DNA of 22,667 nt from Bdellovibrionales bacterium (GCA_037969075.1 JBBKWS010000124.1:1-22667); one strand, 5' to 3'; shown: positions 6,463 to 17,265, counted from the stretch's first letter. Notes: generated from the sequence alone by a model not told the origin. A program made the numbers and translations.

Positions 6463-7875
6463 ATGGCAACAGAAAACTTTTTTTCTGATCTGAGTAAAAT
6501 GATAGAGCAAGTTGGTAAAGATAAAGGTATCAACAAGCAAGTGGTAATCGATGCAGTTGTACAGGGTATGCTTGTTGCTGCACGTAAAAAATATGGTACA
6601 TACCGCGAAATCGAGGCAAGTTTTAATGACGAGTCTGGCGAAGTAGAATTGATTGAATTTAAAGAAGTAGTAGAAGACGAAGATTTCATCGATGAATTAA
6701 TCGAAATAAAATACACGGAAGCAAAGGTTCTAGATCCAGATGCAGTTGTGGGTGACTCTATTGGTATTGAACTGGATACAAAAGATTTGGGCCGAATTGC
6801 TGCACAAACTGCAAAGCAAATAGTGATCCAAAAAGTTAGAGATGCTGAACGTGATATTATCTATCAAGAGTTTCAAGAGCGTGAAGGTGAAATCGCATCT
6901 GGTATCGCTAGACGAGTAGAAAAAGGTTCTATCATTATCGATCTAGGAAAAACAGAAGCCATCATGCCGTACAAAGAACAGATCCCAGGTGAAACGTATA
7001 AGCCAGGAGATAGAATCCAGGGCTATTTACTTGAGGTTCGTCAAACAAACCGTGGTCCTCAGATCATTATGTCCCGTGCATCACCACTATACTTAGCAAA
7101 ACTTTTTGAAATTGAAGTACCAGAAATTTATGACGGTACCGTCGAGATTATTGCTGCAGCTCGTGAGCCAGGAGCTAGAGCTAAAATTGCAGTTAGGTCT
7201 AACGATCCTGCTGTTGATCCAGTGGGGGCATGCGTTGGTATGAAGGGCTCGCGAGTTCAAAATATTGTTCAAGAGTTAAGAGGCGAAAAAATCGATATCG
7301 TGGTTTATGATCCTGATATTACTAGATTTGCAGTGAACGCGTTAGCTCCTGCAGAAATCTCAAAAATATTTTTGAACGAAGTTAGTAAAGAGATGGAAGT
7401 CGTGGTTGCAGATAATCAACTAAGTCTTGCCATTGGTAAAAAAGGCCAAAACGTAAGATTAGCCGCAAAGCTAACTTCCTGGAAGCTTGATATTGTATCC
7501 GAAGTGCAAGCCGCTACAAAAGCAGCTGAAGCTGTGTTTAACTTGATGTTGATTCCTGGTATGACGGATACGTTAGCGCAAGGCTTATTTCAAAGTGGCT
7601 TTGATAGTTTTAGTTCCGTAGCAGACGCTGCTGTGGATGAACTATCTGGTTTACCTGGATTTGATGAGAAGAAAGCAGAGTTATTTATTGAGGCGGCAAG
7701 AGCTGTTCAAGAAAAATATTCTGCTGAAGGAATTGAAGTTCCAAAACCAAACATTGAAGCTGCAAAAATTAAAAAAGGTAGCGTAAAAGATGATGCTGAA
7801 GCCAGACTAAAAGAAGGCTTAGCGCAACTTAGTAGTGAAGAAAATAATAAAGAAGAAAGTTTGGAAAACGAATAG
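6463..7875 (+). CDS. nusA: Transcription termination/antitermination factor NusA
   Basis: GRIAAQTAKQ, S1 domain, AREPGARAKIAV, DPVGACVGMKGSRV, AIGKKGQNVRLA and C-terminal HhH-type repeat region. Confidence 0.98.
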   Translation: MATENFFSDLSKMIEQVGKDKGINKQVVIDAVVQGMLVAARKKYGTYREIEASFNDESGEVELIEFKEVVEDEDFIDELIEIKYTEAKVLDPDAVVGDSIGIELDTKDLGRIAAQTAKQIVIQKVRDAERDIIYQEFQEREGEIASGIARRVEKGSIIIDLGKTEAIMPYKEQIPGETYKPGDRIQGYLLEVRQTNRGPQIIMSRASPLYLAKLFEIEVPEIYDGTVEIIAAAREPGARAKIAVRSNDPAVDPVGACVGMKGSRVQNIVQELRGEKIDIVVYDPDITRFAVNALAPAEISKIFLNEVSKEMEVVVADNQLSLAIGKKGQNVRLAAKLTSWKLDIVSEVQAATKAAEAVFNLMLIPGMTDTLAQGLFQSGFDSFSSVADAAVDELSGLPGFDEKKAELFIEAARAVQEKYSAEGIEVPKPNIEAAKIKKGSVKDDAEARLKEGLAQLSSEENNKEESLENE

Positions 7876-7890
7876 TCTATAGGAGACACT

Positions 7891-10596
7891 GTGCAAGAAC
7901 TACGTGTGTTTGAGTTTGCAAAAGAGATTGGCATCGAGACATTGACTCTGATGGATAAACTACGAAAGTGGGATATCGCGGTTAAGAGTCATATGGCGAC
8001 ATTAGACGCTGAGACGATTGAGCAAATTAAGCAAAGAATGGCTGATGAAGATGGCGGTTCTGGTACTAAGAAAAAAACAGCAAAGAAAAAAGCTGTTCGT
8101 AAAAAAGCTGCCGGCAAAGGTGCGAAGAAAGTTGTTCGAACTAGAAAGGCATCAGAAATAGCAGAGGCTGCGGCACTTGCAGCAGCTGAAGAAGAGGCGG
8201 CGATTCTTGCAGCGGCTGAAGAACAGGCGGCGCAGAAGAAAGTCGTTAGAAAAAAAGCTGCGGATGTAGAGCAAGAAACTCCTGCAGAAGAAGTGGCAGT
8301 GGAGGTAGAGACTGCTGTTGCTATTGAAGAGACGGCAGTTGCCGCTACTGTAGAAGCGCCAGCTAAAGACACTCGTCCTAAAAATATCATCGGTAGAATG
8401 GATTTAAGTAAGGTAGACTCGTTTGCAAAAAATCGATATCAAAAGCCACAAGATCGTCCAGCAGGAGCTCCTAGTGCTTATACCCCAAATAAAGGTGGGT
8501 ATTCACCTGATCGCGCAAGACCTATTGGAGCCGGATTAGAGACAAGGCCTAGTAACACATCATCAACTGGCAGTGGCATGGGAATGCGACAAGGGATGGT
8601 TGATGACATTGATACACCGATGGGGCCGGATAATAAAAAAGATAAAGGTAGAAAGCGTTTAGCTACAAAACAACCGAGCGCTGAAGAAGGACCTCGAGCC
8701 GTACCTGAAGGTGGGCAAGAGTCATTTATACGTACAGATTTCCGTAAGCGCGAAATTATATTTCAACCAAAGAAGAAAAAGGTGCAAGTTGGGCCTGCTA
8801 AGAGGACAGAAATTACTAAATCAAAAGCTTCTAAGCGAGTTGTTAAAATATTTGGACCAACCAGTGTGGCTGATGTTGCCCAGCAATTAAAAGTTAAGCC
8901 AGGGCAATTGATCTCTGCATTAGTAAAGCAAGGTTTGACGGTTAAAGTTACCGATACTCTTGATTTTGATACTATCTCATTAATTGCTCCTGAGTTTGAG
9001 CACGAAGCAATTAACGTAGAGAGAACTCCTGACGATCTTGCCGATGCGGCTGCCTTTGGAAACTTAGATGCAGAACCACAGCCTAGAGCGCCAGTTGTCA
9101 CTGTCATGGGTCACGTGGATCATGGTAAAACATCACTTTTAGATGCTATCAGAAGTGCTGATGTAGCTGCCGGAGAAGCTGGTGGAATTACACAACATAT
9201 TGGTGCTTATAGTGTAAAATTGGCTGACGGAAGATTTGTTACATTCTTAGATACTCCAGGTCACGAAGCGTTCACTGCAATGCGAGCCAGAGGAGCGAAC
9301 GCCACAGATATTGCAGTAATAGTAATTGCCGCTGATGATGGTGTAATGCCGCAAACAGCAGAGGCGATTAATCACGCAAAAGCCGCGGGTGTTCCAGTGA
9401 TTATAGCGATGAATAAAATGGATCGTCCAGGAGCTAATGCAGATAAGATTAAACAACAAGTTATGGAATTTGAATTAGTATCTGAAGAGTGGGGTGGTTC
9501 AACAATGTTTATTCCTACCTCTGCTGTTAAGAGAACTGGAATTACAGAGTTACTAGAAGCAATTCATTTGCAAGCCGAAATTCTTGAATTAAAGGCAAAT
9601 CCTGAGCGTAGTGCTAAAGGGCTTGTTATTGAAAGTAAAATGGAAAAAGGTCGTGGTGTGGTATGTACTCTCTTGGTGCAAGAGGGGACTTTAAAGCGCG
9701 GCGATGAAATCGTAGCTGGTTGTGCTGTAGGAAGAGTAAAAGCTCTTAGCAACTACAAGGGTGAACAAATCAAAGAAGCGGGTCCGGGTATCCCTGTAGA
9801 AGTTTTAGGTTTAGATATTACGCCTGCAGCGGGTGACAGATTTGATGCCACTAAGGATGATAAATCAGCACAAGAGATTGCAAAAATTAGAATCACTGAA
9901 AAGAAGAAACTAGAAAATGTGACTCCTAATTCGAAAATGTCATTAGAAGAGCTGTTTTCAAAAGTTCAACAAGGTGAAGTACAGGAATTACCTGTAGTCT
10001 TAAAATCTGATGTAGCTGGAAGTATCGAAGCAATTAAATCTCTATTTGATAAAGTCGCTACATCAAAAGTAAAGGTAAAAGTTATCCATACGGCTGTCGG
10101 TGGCGTTACTGAATCAGATGTAATGTTGGCAAGTACTGCTAAAGCTGTGTTGGTTGGATTTAACGTTCGCCCTGATAACGGAGCTAGTATTGCTGCTAAA
10201 AAAGAAGGCGTTCAAATTAAAACCTATAGTATTATCTATGAACTAGCTGATGATATTAAGTTGGCTATGAAGGGAATGCTTGCGCCTAATATAGTCGAAG
10301 AGTTCCAAGGTCGTGCTGAAGTTAGAGAGATTTTTAAAACTCCAAATGCAACTATAATCGCTGGAAGTTTTATAACTGCTGGTAAAGTTCATAGAGATAA
10401 TTTTGTAAGACTCAGCCGTGATGGAAAACAAATCTTCGAGGGTGAATTAGAAGGCTTACGTAGGTTTAAAGACACTGTAAAAGAAGTTGCTGAAGGTTAT
10501 GAATGCGGTATTACCATTACTAACTTTAATGATATCAAAGTTGGTGATATGATTGAAAGCTTTAAGAGGGTCGAAGTTGCAGCGGAGCTAGAATAG
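7891..10596 (+). CDS. infB: Translation initiation factor IF-2
   Basis: GHVDHGKT, GGITQHIGAY, DTPGHEAF, NKMD and C-terminal GYECGI. GTG start with AGGAG RBS. Confidence 0.99.
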   Translation: MQELRVFEFAKEIGIETLTLMDKLRKWDIAVKSHMATLDAETIEQIKQRMADEDGGSGTKKKTAKKKAVRKKAAGKGAKKVVRTRKASEIAEAAALAAAEEEAAILAAAEEQAAQKKVVRKKAADVEQETPAEEVAVEVETAVAIEETAVAATVEAPAKDTRPKNIIGRMDLSKVDSFAKNRYQKPQDRPAGAPSAYTPNKGGYSPDRARPIGAGLETRPSNTSSTGSGMGMRQGMVDDIDTPMGPDNKKDKGRKRLATKQPSAEEGPRAVPEGGQESFIRTDFRKREIIFQPKKKKVQVGPAKRTEITKSKASKRVVKIFGPTSVADVAQQLKVKPGQLISALVKQGLTVKVTDTLDFDTISLIAPEFEHEAINVERTPDDLADAAAFGNLDAEPQPRAPVVTVMGHVDHGKTSLLDAIRSADVAAGEAGGITQHIGAYSVKLADGRFVTFLDTPGHEAFTAMRARGANATDIAVIVIAADDGVMPQTAEAINHAKAAGVPVIIAMNKMDRPGANADKIKQQVMEFELVSEEWGGSTMFIPTSAVKRTGITELLEAIHLQAEILELKANPERSAKGLVIESKMEKGRGVVCTLLVQEGTLKRGDEIVAGCAVGRVKALSNYKGEQIKEAGPGIPVEVLGLDITPAAGDRFDATKDDKSAQEIAKIRITEKKKLENVTPNSKMSLEELFSKVQQGEVQELPVVLKSDVAGSIEAIKSLFDKVATSKVKVKVIHTAVGGVTESDVMLASTAKAVLVGFNVRPDNGASIAAKKEGVQIKTYSIIYELADDIKLAMKGMLAPNIVEEFQGRAEVREIFKTPNATIIAGSFITAGKVHRDNFVRLSRDGKQIFEGELEGLRRFKDTVKEVAEGYECGITITNFNDIKVGDMIESFKRVEVAAELE

Positions 10597-10991
10597 TGTC
10601 TAATGGTAGCGCGCGAACAAATAGAATTGAAAAAGAGCTACAGTCCTTAGTTGGGCAGTATCTTAATACATCCCTTCCATTTAAGTATGGTGGGATTGTA
10701 AGTGTAACCAGAATTAGAACCAGTAGTGACTTTAAGTATGCCAAAGTATTTATTTCTTATTTTCACCCAGAAGATGATGCTGAGGCTCTAAAGAATGTAA
10801 TGTCGTCGATTGAAGACTGCCGAGCAGATTTACAAAAACATATTGGGAATAGTTTAAAAATTAAATTCACCCCTAAGTTTTCATTTTTCATAGATACAAC
10901 TCTGCAAGAAAATTTTAAATTATTAGAAAAATTAAAAGCCTTGGGATTTGATGTAAACACCATAACGGACGAAGATTTATGTCGGAGCTAA
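10596..10991 (+). CDS. rbfA: Ribosome-binding factor A
   Basis: VSVTRIRTSSDFKYAKVFIS and LKIKFTPKFSFFID. Follows infB with a TAG/GTG overlap. Confidence 0.93.
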   Translation: MSNGSARTNRIEKELQSLVGQYLNTSLPFKYGGIVSVTRIRTSSDFKYAKVFISYFHPEDDAEALKNVMSSIEDCRADLQKHIGNSLKIKFTPKFSFFIDTTLQENFKLLEKLKALGFDVNTITDEDLCRS

Positions 10992-11881
10992 ATGGTGTTC
11001 TTCTTGTAGATAAACCTTCGGATATCACAAGCCATGATGTGGTTCACCAAGTTAGAAAACATTTTCAAGTTAAATATGTGGGACACGCAGGTACGCTAGA
11101 TCCATTGGCGACTGGCTTAATGGTCATACTATTGGGTGAAGCTACAAAACTTTCTAATTATTTATTAGAGGGTGACAAGGCTTATGAGTGCGAAATTGAA
11201 CTAGGTAAAACTACTGATACCCTTGATATTACCGGAAAAACCTTACATACAAATACGCAATTTGTTCCTTTTGATCTGGCGAAAGAAAAAATTGAGGCTC
11301 TAGAAGGTAGCTTTGAATGGGATATTCCCATGTATTCGGCAAAGAAGGTTGGCGGTAAAAAGCTTTATGAGCTTGCCAGAGAAGATAAAGTTTTAGCAGA
11401 GATCCCAAAGAAAGAGATGACCTTTTATTCTGTTGAAATTTTGTCCTACGACTTTCCATTTGTTAAAGTTTCACTGCATTGTTCGAAAGGTTCGTTTATC
11501 AGATCATGGGCCAATGAACTAGGTAAGAGCCTAGGAGTCGGCGCTTGCTTATCTGGGTTAAGAAGAATCTACTCAGCTCCTTATAAGATTGACCAATCAA
11601 TAAGTCTTAGCGATTTATCGGCAGAAGGAACATCCTTCATTCCACTCGAAAAATGCTTAGATTCTTGGCCAAAACTAGAGGTTTCAGGACTGGATAAGCA
11701 TTTAATTACAAATGGCCAAATTAGCCAAAGTTTGAAGGCCCGTTTTAAGGTAGTGAACCAATATTATGGGGGCACTGACGGCTTACGGTTTAGAGTAGAG
11801 TCTAAGACTAAAAAGCTCTTAGCTATTGTAGAGGCAGAGGCATACTCTAACTACAAGTTATTACGAGTCTTTCGAGCTTGA
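10979..11881 (+). CDS. truB: tRNA pseudouridine(55) synthase TruB
   Basis: DKPSDITSHDVV, GHAGTLDPLATG, PMYSAKKVGGKKLYELAR and CSKGSFIRS. Confidence 0.97.
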   Translation: MSELNGVLLVDKPSDITSHDVVHQVRKHFQVKYVGHAGTLDPLATGLMVILLGEATKLSNYLLEGDKAYECEIELGKTTDTLDITGKTLHTNTQFVPFDLAKEKIEALEGSFEWDIPMYSAKKVGGKKLYELAREDKVLAEIPKKEMTFYSVEILSYDFPFVKVSLHCSKGSFIRSWANELGKSLGVGACLSGLRRIYSAPYKIDQSISLSDLSAEGTSFIPLEKCLDSWPKLEVSGLDKHLITNGQISQSLKARFKVVNQYYGGTDGLRFRVESKTKKLLAIVEAEAYSNYKLLRVFRA

Positions 11882-11906
11882 CGTTTACCCCTGTAATCGC
11901 TATCTA
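11878..11906 (+). promoter_or_regulatory. Putative sigma70 promoter of rpsO
   Basis: TTGACG-N17-TATCTA, overlapping the truB stop. The -10 is imperfect. Confidence 0.45.
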
Positions 11907-11973
11907 TAACCACACTCTTATTTACGAATGCCGAAACGTAAACCATAGGGTAATCATTTTTTAGGAGGCTGTT

Positions 11974-12243
11974 ATGGCTATTACAAAAGAAGCAAAGGCA
12001 AAAGTTATTAAAAAATTCGCAACTGGTACTATGGATACGGGTAGTCCAGAAGTACAGATCGCTCTAATTACACAAAGAATCAATGAGCTTAATGATCACT
12101 TTGCGGCACACAAAAAAGACAATCACTCACGACGTGGTCTTTTACTACTAGTTAGTAAAAGAAAAAGCCTACTAGGTTACTTAAGAAAGATAAATCTAGA
12201 TCGCTACCAAAAAGTCGTATCTGAATTAAATATCAGAAAATAA
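11974..12243 (+). CDS. rpsO: 30S ribosomal protein S15
   Basis: [13 protein letters not shown] and [12 protein letters not shown]. 89 aa, AGGAGG RBS. Confidence 0.99.
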   Translation: MAITKEAKAKVIKKFATGTMDTGSPEVQIALITQRINELNDHFAAHKKDNHSRRGLLLLVSKRKSLLGYLRKINLDRYQKVVSELNIRK

Positions 12244-12248
12244 TCATT

Positions 12249-12273
12249 GGCCTAGCATACGCTAGGCTTTTTT
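12249..12273 (+). terminator. Intrinsic terminator between rpsO and pnp
   Basis: GGCCTAGC-ATAC-GCTAGGC-TTTTTT. Confidence 0.85.
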
Positions 12274-12294
12274 GTTTCATATACTAAAGGAGTA

Positions 12295-14400
12295 ATGATG
12301 AATCCTACAGAAGTGCGCGCAAAAGTTGGTGAGCGCGAAATAACCATACAATCAGGAAAAATAGCTAAGCAAGCAGATGGAGCAGTTGTTGTTTCGTGTG
12401 GTGATAATAAAGTATTAGTGACTATTTGTTCTAAAAAAGAAGGTACTGGCTTTGACTTTTTACCTCTGACTGTTGAATTTCAAGAAAGATATTATGCTGC
12501 AGGTAGATTCCCTGGTGGATTTTTAAAACGAGAAGGTAGACCTTCAAATGATGCAACTCTTGGCGCAAGACTTGTGGATCGCCCGATGCGTCCAAGTTTC
12601 CCCGAAGGTTATGATAGAGACACTCAAATTGTTGTTACAACCCTTAGTTCAGACAACACATTTCCTTTAGATATATTAGCAACTCTCGGTGCGTCTGCCG
12701 CAACTCATATTAGTGATGTTCCGTTTAATGGCCCAATTGCCTCTGTTGAAGTTGCAAGAGTAAATGGACAATTTGTTTCTTGTGCTACTCCTGCGCAGAT
12801 TTTAGAATCAGATATGCAAATCACTGTCTCTGGCACTAAAGACGGTATTTTGATGGTTGAAGGTGAGTCAAAATTTATTTCTGAGGCTGATGTATTAAGC
12901 GCTATTAAGTTTGGACACCAATCTTTGCAAGCTCTTTTGACGGCACAAAATGATTTACGTTCAAAAATAGGAAAAACAAAACGTGAGTTTACGAAGCCTG
13001 AAATTGATTCTAGCTTTAAAAATTCAGTGATTGAATTTGTTCGTCCAAAAATTGAAAAGGCAATGCGCAACCAAGAAAAAATGGCTAGATATGAAGGTTT
13101 TAATCAAGCAGCCAAAGAAGCAAAAGAATCGCTTCTAAAGGGTTGTGCAGAAGCTGAATTAAAACAAAAAGAAAAAGATCTTAAGTCTTTAATTGATGAT
13201 ATTAAGTACAACGTTGCCCGTGATATGATTTTAAATGACAAAGTCCGTATCGATGGCCGTGACACTGTTACTGTGCGTCCTATTTGGACTGAAGTTGGGA
13301 TTTTACCTCGTGCCCATGGTTCGGGACTATTTACTCGCGGTGAGACGCAAGTCTTGGGTGCAGTGACTTTAGGTACTACTGATGATGAGCAAATGATTGA
13401 TAACATATCAGGGATTTCTAAAAAACGCTTCTTATTACATTATAACTTTCCTCCATACAGTGTGGGTGAAACCGGTAGAATGGGTGGACAGTCTCGTCGA
13501 GAAATTGGTCACGGTAATTTAGCAGAGCGTGCGATTAAGGCAATTCTTCCAGATGCCAAGGCATTTCCATATACTATTCGTGTAGTGAGTGAAGTTTTAG
13601 AGTCAAATGGTTCAAGCTCAATGGGTACAGTATGCTCTGGTATATTAGCTCTATTAGATGCAGGTGTTCCGATAAAAGAAAATGTAGCCGGTGTTGCTAT
13701 GGGCCTTATTAAAGAAGGTGATAAAATTGCCGTTCTTACCGATATTCTAGGGGATGAAGATCATTTAGGGGATATGGATTTTAAAGTTGCAGGTAGTAAA
13801 AGTGGTATCACAGCTTTACAAATGGATTTAAAAATTGATTCCGTTTCATTTGAAGTAATGGAGCAAGCGTTAAAGCAAGCCTGTGAAGGTAGACTTCATA
13901 TCTTAGCTGAGATGGAGAAAACCATGACAACAGCTCGTGGAGAAATTTCTGAATACGCGCCAAGAATTGAAGTATTAAAAATTCATCCAGATAAGATTCG
14001 TGAAGTAATTGGTCCCGGCGGAAAGATGATTAAAAGCATCGTAGAAGCTACTGGAGTAAAAATTAATATTCAAGATGATGGTACTGTTGAAATCGCTTCT
14101 ACTGACGCGAAGGCGAGACAAGCGGCGATTAAAATGGTTAACGATATTACTGCAGAAGCGGAGCTTGGAAAAGTCTACTCAGGAAAAGTTGCCAAGATCA
14201 CTGATTTTGGAGCCTTTGTTGATATTTTACCAAACACAAGTGGCTTACTACATATATCTGAACTTGCACATGAACGTGTTCGTGCGGTGACAGATGTACT
14301 TAAAGAAGGTGATGTAATTGATGTTAAAGTACTTGATATCGATCGCAGTGGCCGTATCAAGCTTTCTAGAAAAGCTCTTTTAGATCCACCACAACAGTAA
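12295..14400 (+). CDS. pnp: Polyribonucleotide nucleotidyltransferase (PNPase)
   Basis: DFLPLTV, RLVDRPMRP, FTRGETQ, ESNGSSSM, DEDHLGDMDFKVAG, KH (IGPGGK) and S1 domains. Confidence 0.99.
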   Translation: MMNPTEVRAKVGEREITIQSGKIAKQADGAVVVSCGDNKVLVTICSKKEGTGFDFLPLTVEFQERYYAAGRFPGGFLKREGRPSNDATLGARLVDRPMRPSFPEGYDRDTQIVVTTLSSDNTFPLDILATLGASAATHISDVPFNGPIASVEVARVNGQFVSCATPAQILESDMQITVSGTKDGILMVEGESKFISEADVLSAIKFGHQSLQALLTAQNDLRSKIGKTKREFTKPEIDSSFKNSVIEFVRPKIEKAMRNQEKMARYEGFNQAAKEAKESLLKGCAEAELKQKEKDLKSLIDDIKYNVARDMILNDKVRIDGRDTVTVRPIWTEVGILPRAHGSGLFTRGETQVLGAVTLGTTDDEQMIDNISGISKKRFLLHYNFPPYSVGETGRMGGQSRREIGHGNLAERAIKAILPDAKAFPYTIRVVSEVLESNGSSSMGTVCSGILALLDAGVPIKENVAGVAMGLIKEGDKIAVLTDILGDEDHLGDMDFKVAGSKSGITALQMDLKIDSVSFEVMEQALKQACEGRLHILAEMEKTMTTARGEISEYAPRIEVLKIHPDKIREVIGPGGKMIKSIVEATGVKINIQDDGTVEIASTDAKARQAAIKMVNDITAEAELGKVYSGKVAKITDFGAFVDILPNTSGLLHISELAHERVRAVTDVLKEGDVIDVKVLDIDRSGRIKLSRKALLDPPQQ

Positions 14401-14403
14401 GAC

Positions 14404-15687
14404 ATGCAAAAGTACCAACGGAGTCGTTTAGATAACGGCATGCTAGTGATTTCCGAAACGGAGAAGAGCTCGCATGCTGTATGCCTAGGGATAGGCATCC
14501 GGGTTGGTGTTACTGATGAGAGTATCGACATTAATGGTATTTCTCACTTTATCGAGCATATGGTTTTTAAGGGCACTAAATCCTACAGTGCCTTTGATAT
14601 TAGTCATAAAATTGAAAATTTAGGTGGAGATATCAATGCTTATACAGCAAGAGATCTAACCTGTTATCATGTCACATTATTAAAACAAGATTATAAAACA
14701 GGACTAAAAGTCCTAGCAGAACTTGTACAGTCGGCTAAGTTTCAATCTAGTGAAATGGAAAAAGAAAAAGCTGTGATTTTACAAGAGATTGCCATGACTA
14801 ATGACAATCCAGAAGATTACATTTTTGATGTTTTTTACGAAAAATTTTACGGAAAGCAACCCGTGGGTCTGCCTATTTTAGGGACAGAAAAATCACTATT
14901 AACGATTACGCAAAAAAATCTACTCGATTACTATAAGACATTTTATCGCCCTGAGAACTTATTCGTTGTAGCGACAGGGGGAATTAATCACAAGGCATTA
15001 GTTAAAGAAGTAAATAAGTTATTTCCCAAGAAAGCCGACTTGCAGTTACTACCTAAAAGACCAGATATAGTTAAAACTCATCCGTTTGTTAAAAAACAAA
15101 GACGGTCCACCGAGCAGGTTCATATTTTATTGGGTTGTCCAATTTCTAATTTAAAAGATGGCATTTTTTATGAGGCCTCGATTGTTAACACCTATCTTGC
15201 TGGTGGGATGACTTCAAAGTTGTATCAAGAGCTACGCGAGAAACGAGGGCTTTGTTACAGTGTGTTTAGCATGTTTATGCCACTAGAAACGTCGGGATTA
15301 TTACTGATATATACTGCAACTGACTCAAAGCATGCTTTGAAAGCAATTGATACAATCATTAAAGAGCTTCAACATTTATTAAAAAATGGATTGAGCGCTA
15401 AAGAGGTAAGTACATTTAGAAAGCAGTTGATGGGTAGCTTTGTTCTTAATTCTGATGATATTGAAAATAGAATGAATACGCTGTTAATGGACGCCATGTT
15501 GGATAGAAAGTACCGCACGCTTGAAAATATGATTAAATCCATTGGAAACATTAAGAAAAAATCTATTGATTCATATTTAAAGAAGTATTTAGATTTAAAT
15601 AAACTGTCGCTGTTTGCAGTAGGTAATATTAAGCCTCAGGTTTGGTCAAAAATTGAGAAGCGAGTGATGTCAGTATGGAACGCCTAG
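14404..15687 (+). CDS. M16B (pitrilysin/insulinase family) zinc peptidase
   Basis: Inverted zinc motif HFIEH in GISHFIEHMVFKGT, INAYT and SKLYQELREKRGLCYSV. Typical position after pnp. Confidence 0.94.
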   Translation: MQKYQRSRLDNGMLVISETEKSSHAVCLGIGIRVGVTDESIDINGISHFIEHMVFKGTKSYSAFDISHKIENLGGDINAYTARDLTCYHVTLLKQDYKTGLKVLAELVQSAKFQSSEMEKEKAVILQEIAMTNDNPEDYIFDVFYEKFYGKQPVGLPILGTEKSLLTITQKNLLDYYKTFYRPENLFVVATGGINHKALVKEVNKLFPKKADLQLLPKRPDIVKTHPFVKKQRRSTEQVHILLGCPISNLKDGIFYEASIVNTYLAGGMTSKLYQELREKRGLCYSVFSMFMPLETSGLLLIYTATDSKHALKAIDTIIKELQHLLKNGLSAKEVSTFRKQLMGSFVLNSDDIENRMNTLLMDAMLDRKYRTLENMIKSIGNIKKKSIDSYLKKYLDLNKLSLFAVGNIKPQVWSKIEKRVMSVWNA

Positions 15688-16286
15688 TTTTATTTTTTAG
15701 ACATGGCCAAACTGATTGGAATCTTAAAAAGATGTTTCAAGGGCAGTCTAATGTTCCACTAAATGAAACAGGTCGAAAGCAAGCGCAACAGTTAGCCAAT
15801 CATTTAAAGTCATATAAATTAGACGCCATATATACCTCCGACCTAGACCGTGCACATGAAACAGCTGGAATTGTGAATATACATCATAATGTTGAAACTA
15901 TTAAAGACGAGAGGTTAAGAGAAGCGAACCTTGGAGATTTAGAGGGCTTGATTTTACATGAAGCAGAAGCAAAGTTTGGTAAGGATAGTATTGATAGGTG
16001 GAAATCTAATGCTGATGAGGCCCTAGACTTTGCATTTCCCAACGGGGAGACAAAGATTCAGGTCTTAACCAGAGTTAAAGCATTTCTTGAGATAATGTTT
16101 TTAAAGAACCAGAATTACAAAAACATTGCCATATCTACTCACGGTGCAGTCATTCATAAATTAGTCTATCATTTAATGGGGGATTCTTACTATGAATATC
16201 CTGTTACGAATTGTTCGTTATTTATTTTTAAAGAAAGAAATGGTATATATCAGTTTGTTGAGTATAAAGATTTTTCTTCCATTTGA
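15675..16286 (+). CDS. Histidine phosphatase family protein (GpmB/CobC-like)
   Basis: RHGQTDWN, SDLDRAHETA, LREANLG, PNGE and THG. Confidence 0.92.
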   Translation: MERLVLFFRHGQTDWNLKKMFQGQSNVPLNETGRKQAQQLANHLKSYKLDAIYTSDLDRAHETAGIVNIHHNVETIKDERLREANLGDLEGLILHEAEAKFGKDSIDRWKSNADEALDFAFPNGETKIQVLTRVKAFLEIMFLKNQNYKNIAISTHGAVIHKLVYHLMGDSYYEYPVTNCSLFIFKERNGIYQFVEYKDFSSI

Positions 16287-16294
16287 GGTGTAAT

Positions 16295-16672
16295 ATGAAA
16301 AAAGAAGTATTTACTGATTTAGCTCCCAAAGCCGTTGGTCCATATTCTCAAGCAGTATGGGCAGGGAATACGCTGTATTGTTCTGGACAAATTCCACTAG
16401 ACCCTAAAACAAATGAAATTGTAGCAGGGGATGTTGAGGTTCAGACAAAACGTGTAATGGAAAATATTAATGCGCTACTTTCATCACAGAGCCTAACTAT
16501 TGATAACGTGGTAAAAACTACGATTTATTTAAGTGATATGGCGTTGTTTCAAAAAATGAACGCTGTATATGAAGCGTATTTATCTAAACCGTATCCAGCC
16601 AGATCAACAGTGGCCGTTAAGGGTCTTCCAAAGAATGTTGATGTTGAGATTGAAGTTCTTGCTGTAAAATGA
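16295..16672 (+). CDS. ridA: RidA (YjgF/YER057c/UK114) enamine/imine deaminase
   Basis: APKAVGPYSQA, SGQIP, VVKTT, PARST (catalytic Arg) and VEIE. ATG 16295 with GAGGT RBS is preferred over the ORF-track start at 16283. Confidence 0.93.
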   Translation: MKKEVFTDLAPKAVGPYSQAVWAGNTLYCSGQIPLDPKTNEIVAGDVEVQTKRVMENINALLSSQSLTIDNVVKTTIYLSDMALFQKMNAVYEAYLSKPYPARSTVAVKGLPKNVDVEIEVLAVK

Positions 16673-17250
16673 GTATTTTCTTAGAAAAACCTAGTAAAAA
16701 ATCCTACATCTATTGGGTAGGAGCTTTTGTTTTTGGAATCATAGCTTACTTTATATTTGATGAGTATCATTTGATAAAAAGTACAACTATTAGCTCCTGG
16801 ACCGAGAGTTCTGAAGCGGATTGCGGTGTCGTACTAACCGGTGGACAAGGAAGAATTCAAGAAGGAATTAGTTTACTACAACAGAAGAGAATTAAAAAAT
16901 TGATCATTTCGGGGGTGAACCCCTTGTCTAGTTTAAGAGAAATATTTCCGGCACTTCCATTTTACGGAGAAGTAGAAGAAAAAGATATTGTGTTAGAAAA
17001 GCGCTCAAAAACTACCTATGGTAATGCGCAACAAAGCGCTCCAATTATAGAGGCGCTAGACTGCAAATCCATAGTATTGATTACATCAAAAAATCATATG
17101 CGTAGGGCAAAACAGGTTTTTATTGCAATTCTTCCGAGTGAAATCACTACCAAACAGCGAAGTGTATTTTCTTACCCCACAGATGAAAGTCTAGAGGATT
17201 TTTATTTAGAGGTACTGAAATCTTTATTTTACAGAATTTGGGCTTACTAA
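16669..17250 (+). CDS. YdcF/DUF218 (SanA/ElyC-like) membrane-anchored protein
   Basis: N-terminal TM helix, VVLTGG, LIISG, SKTTYGNA and LITSKNHMRRA. Confidence 0.88.
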   Translation: MSIFLEKPSKKSYIYWVGAFVFGIIAYFIFDEYHLIKSTTISSWTESSEADCGVVLTGGQGRIQEGISLLQQKRIKKLIISGVNPLSSLREIFPALPFYGEVEEKDIVLEKRSKTTYGNAQQSAPIIEALDCKSIVLITSKNHMRRAKQVFIAILPSEITTKQRSVFSYPTDESLEDFYLEVLKSLFYRIWAY

Positions 17251-17265
17251 AAAGTAGAACACGAC

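Noticed and set aside
8050..8760. Low-complexity K/A/E-rich stretch in infB as an insertion or repeat element
   Set aside because: It is the normal variable N-terminal region of IF-2.
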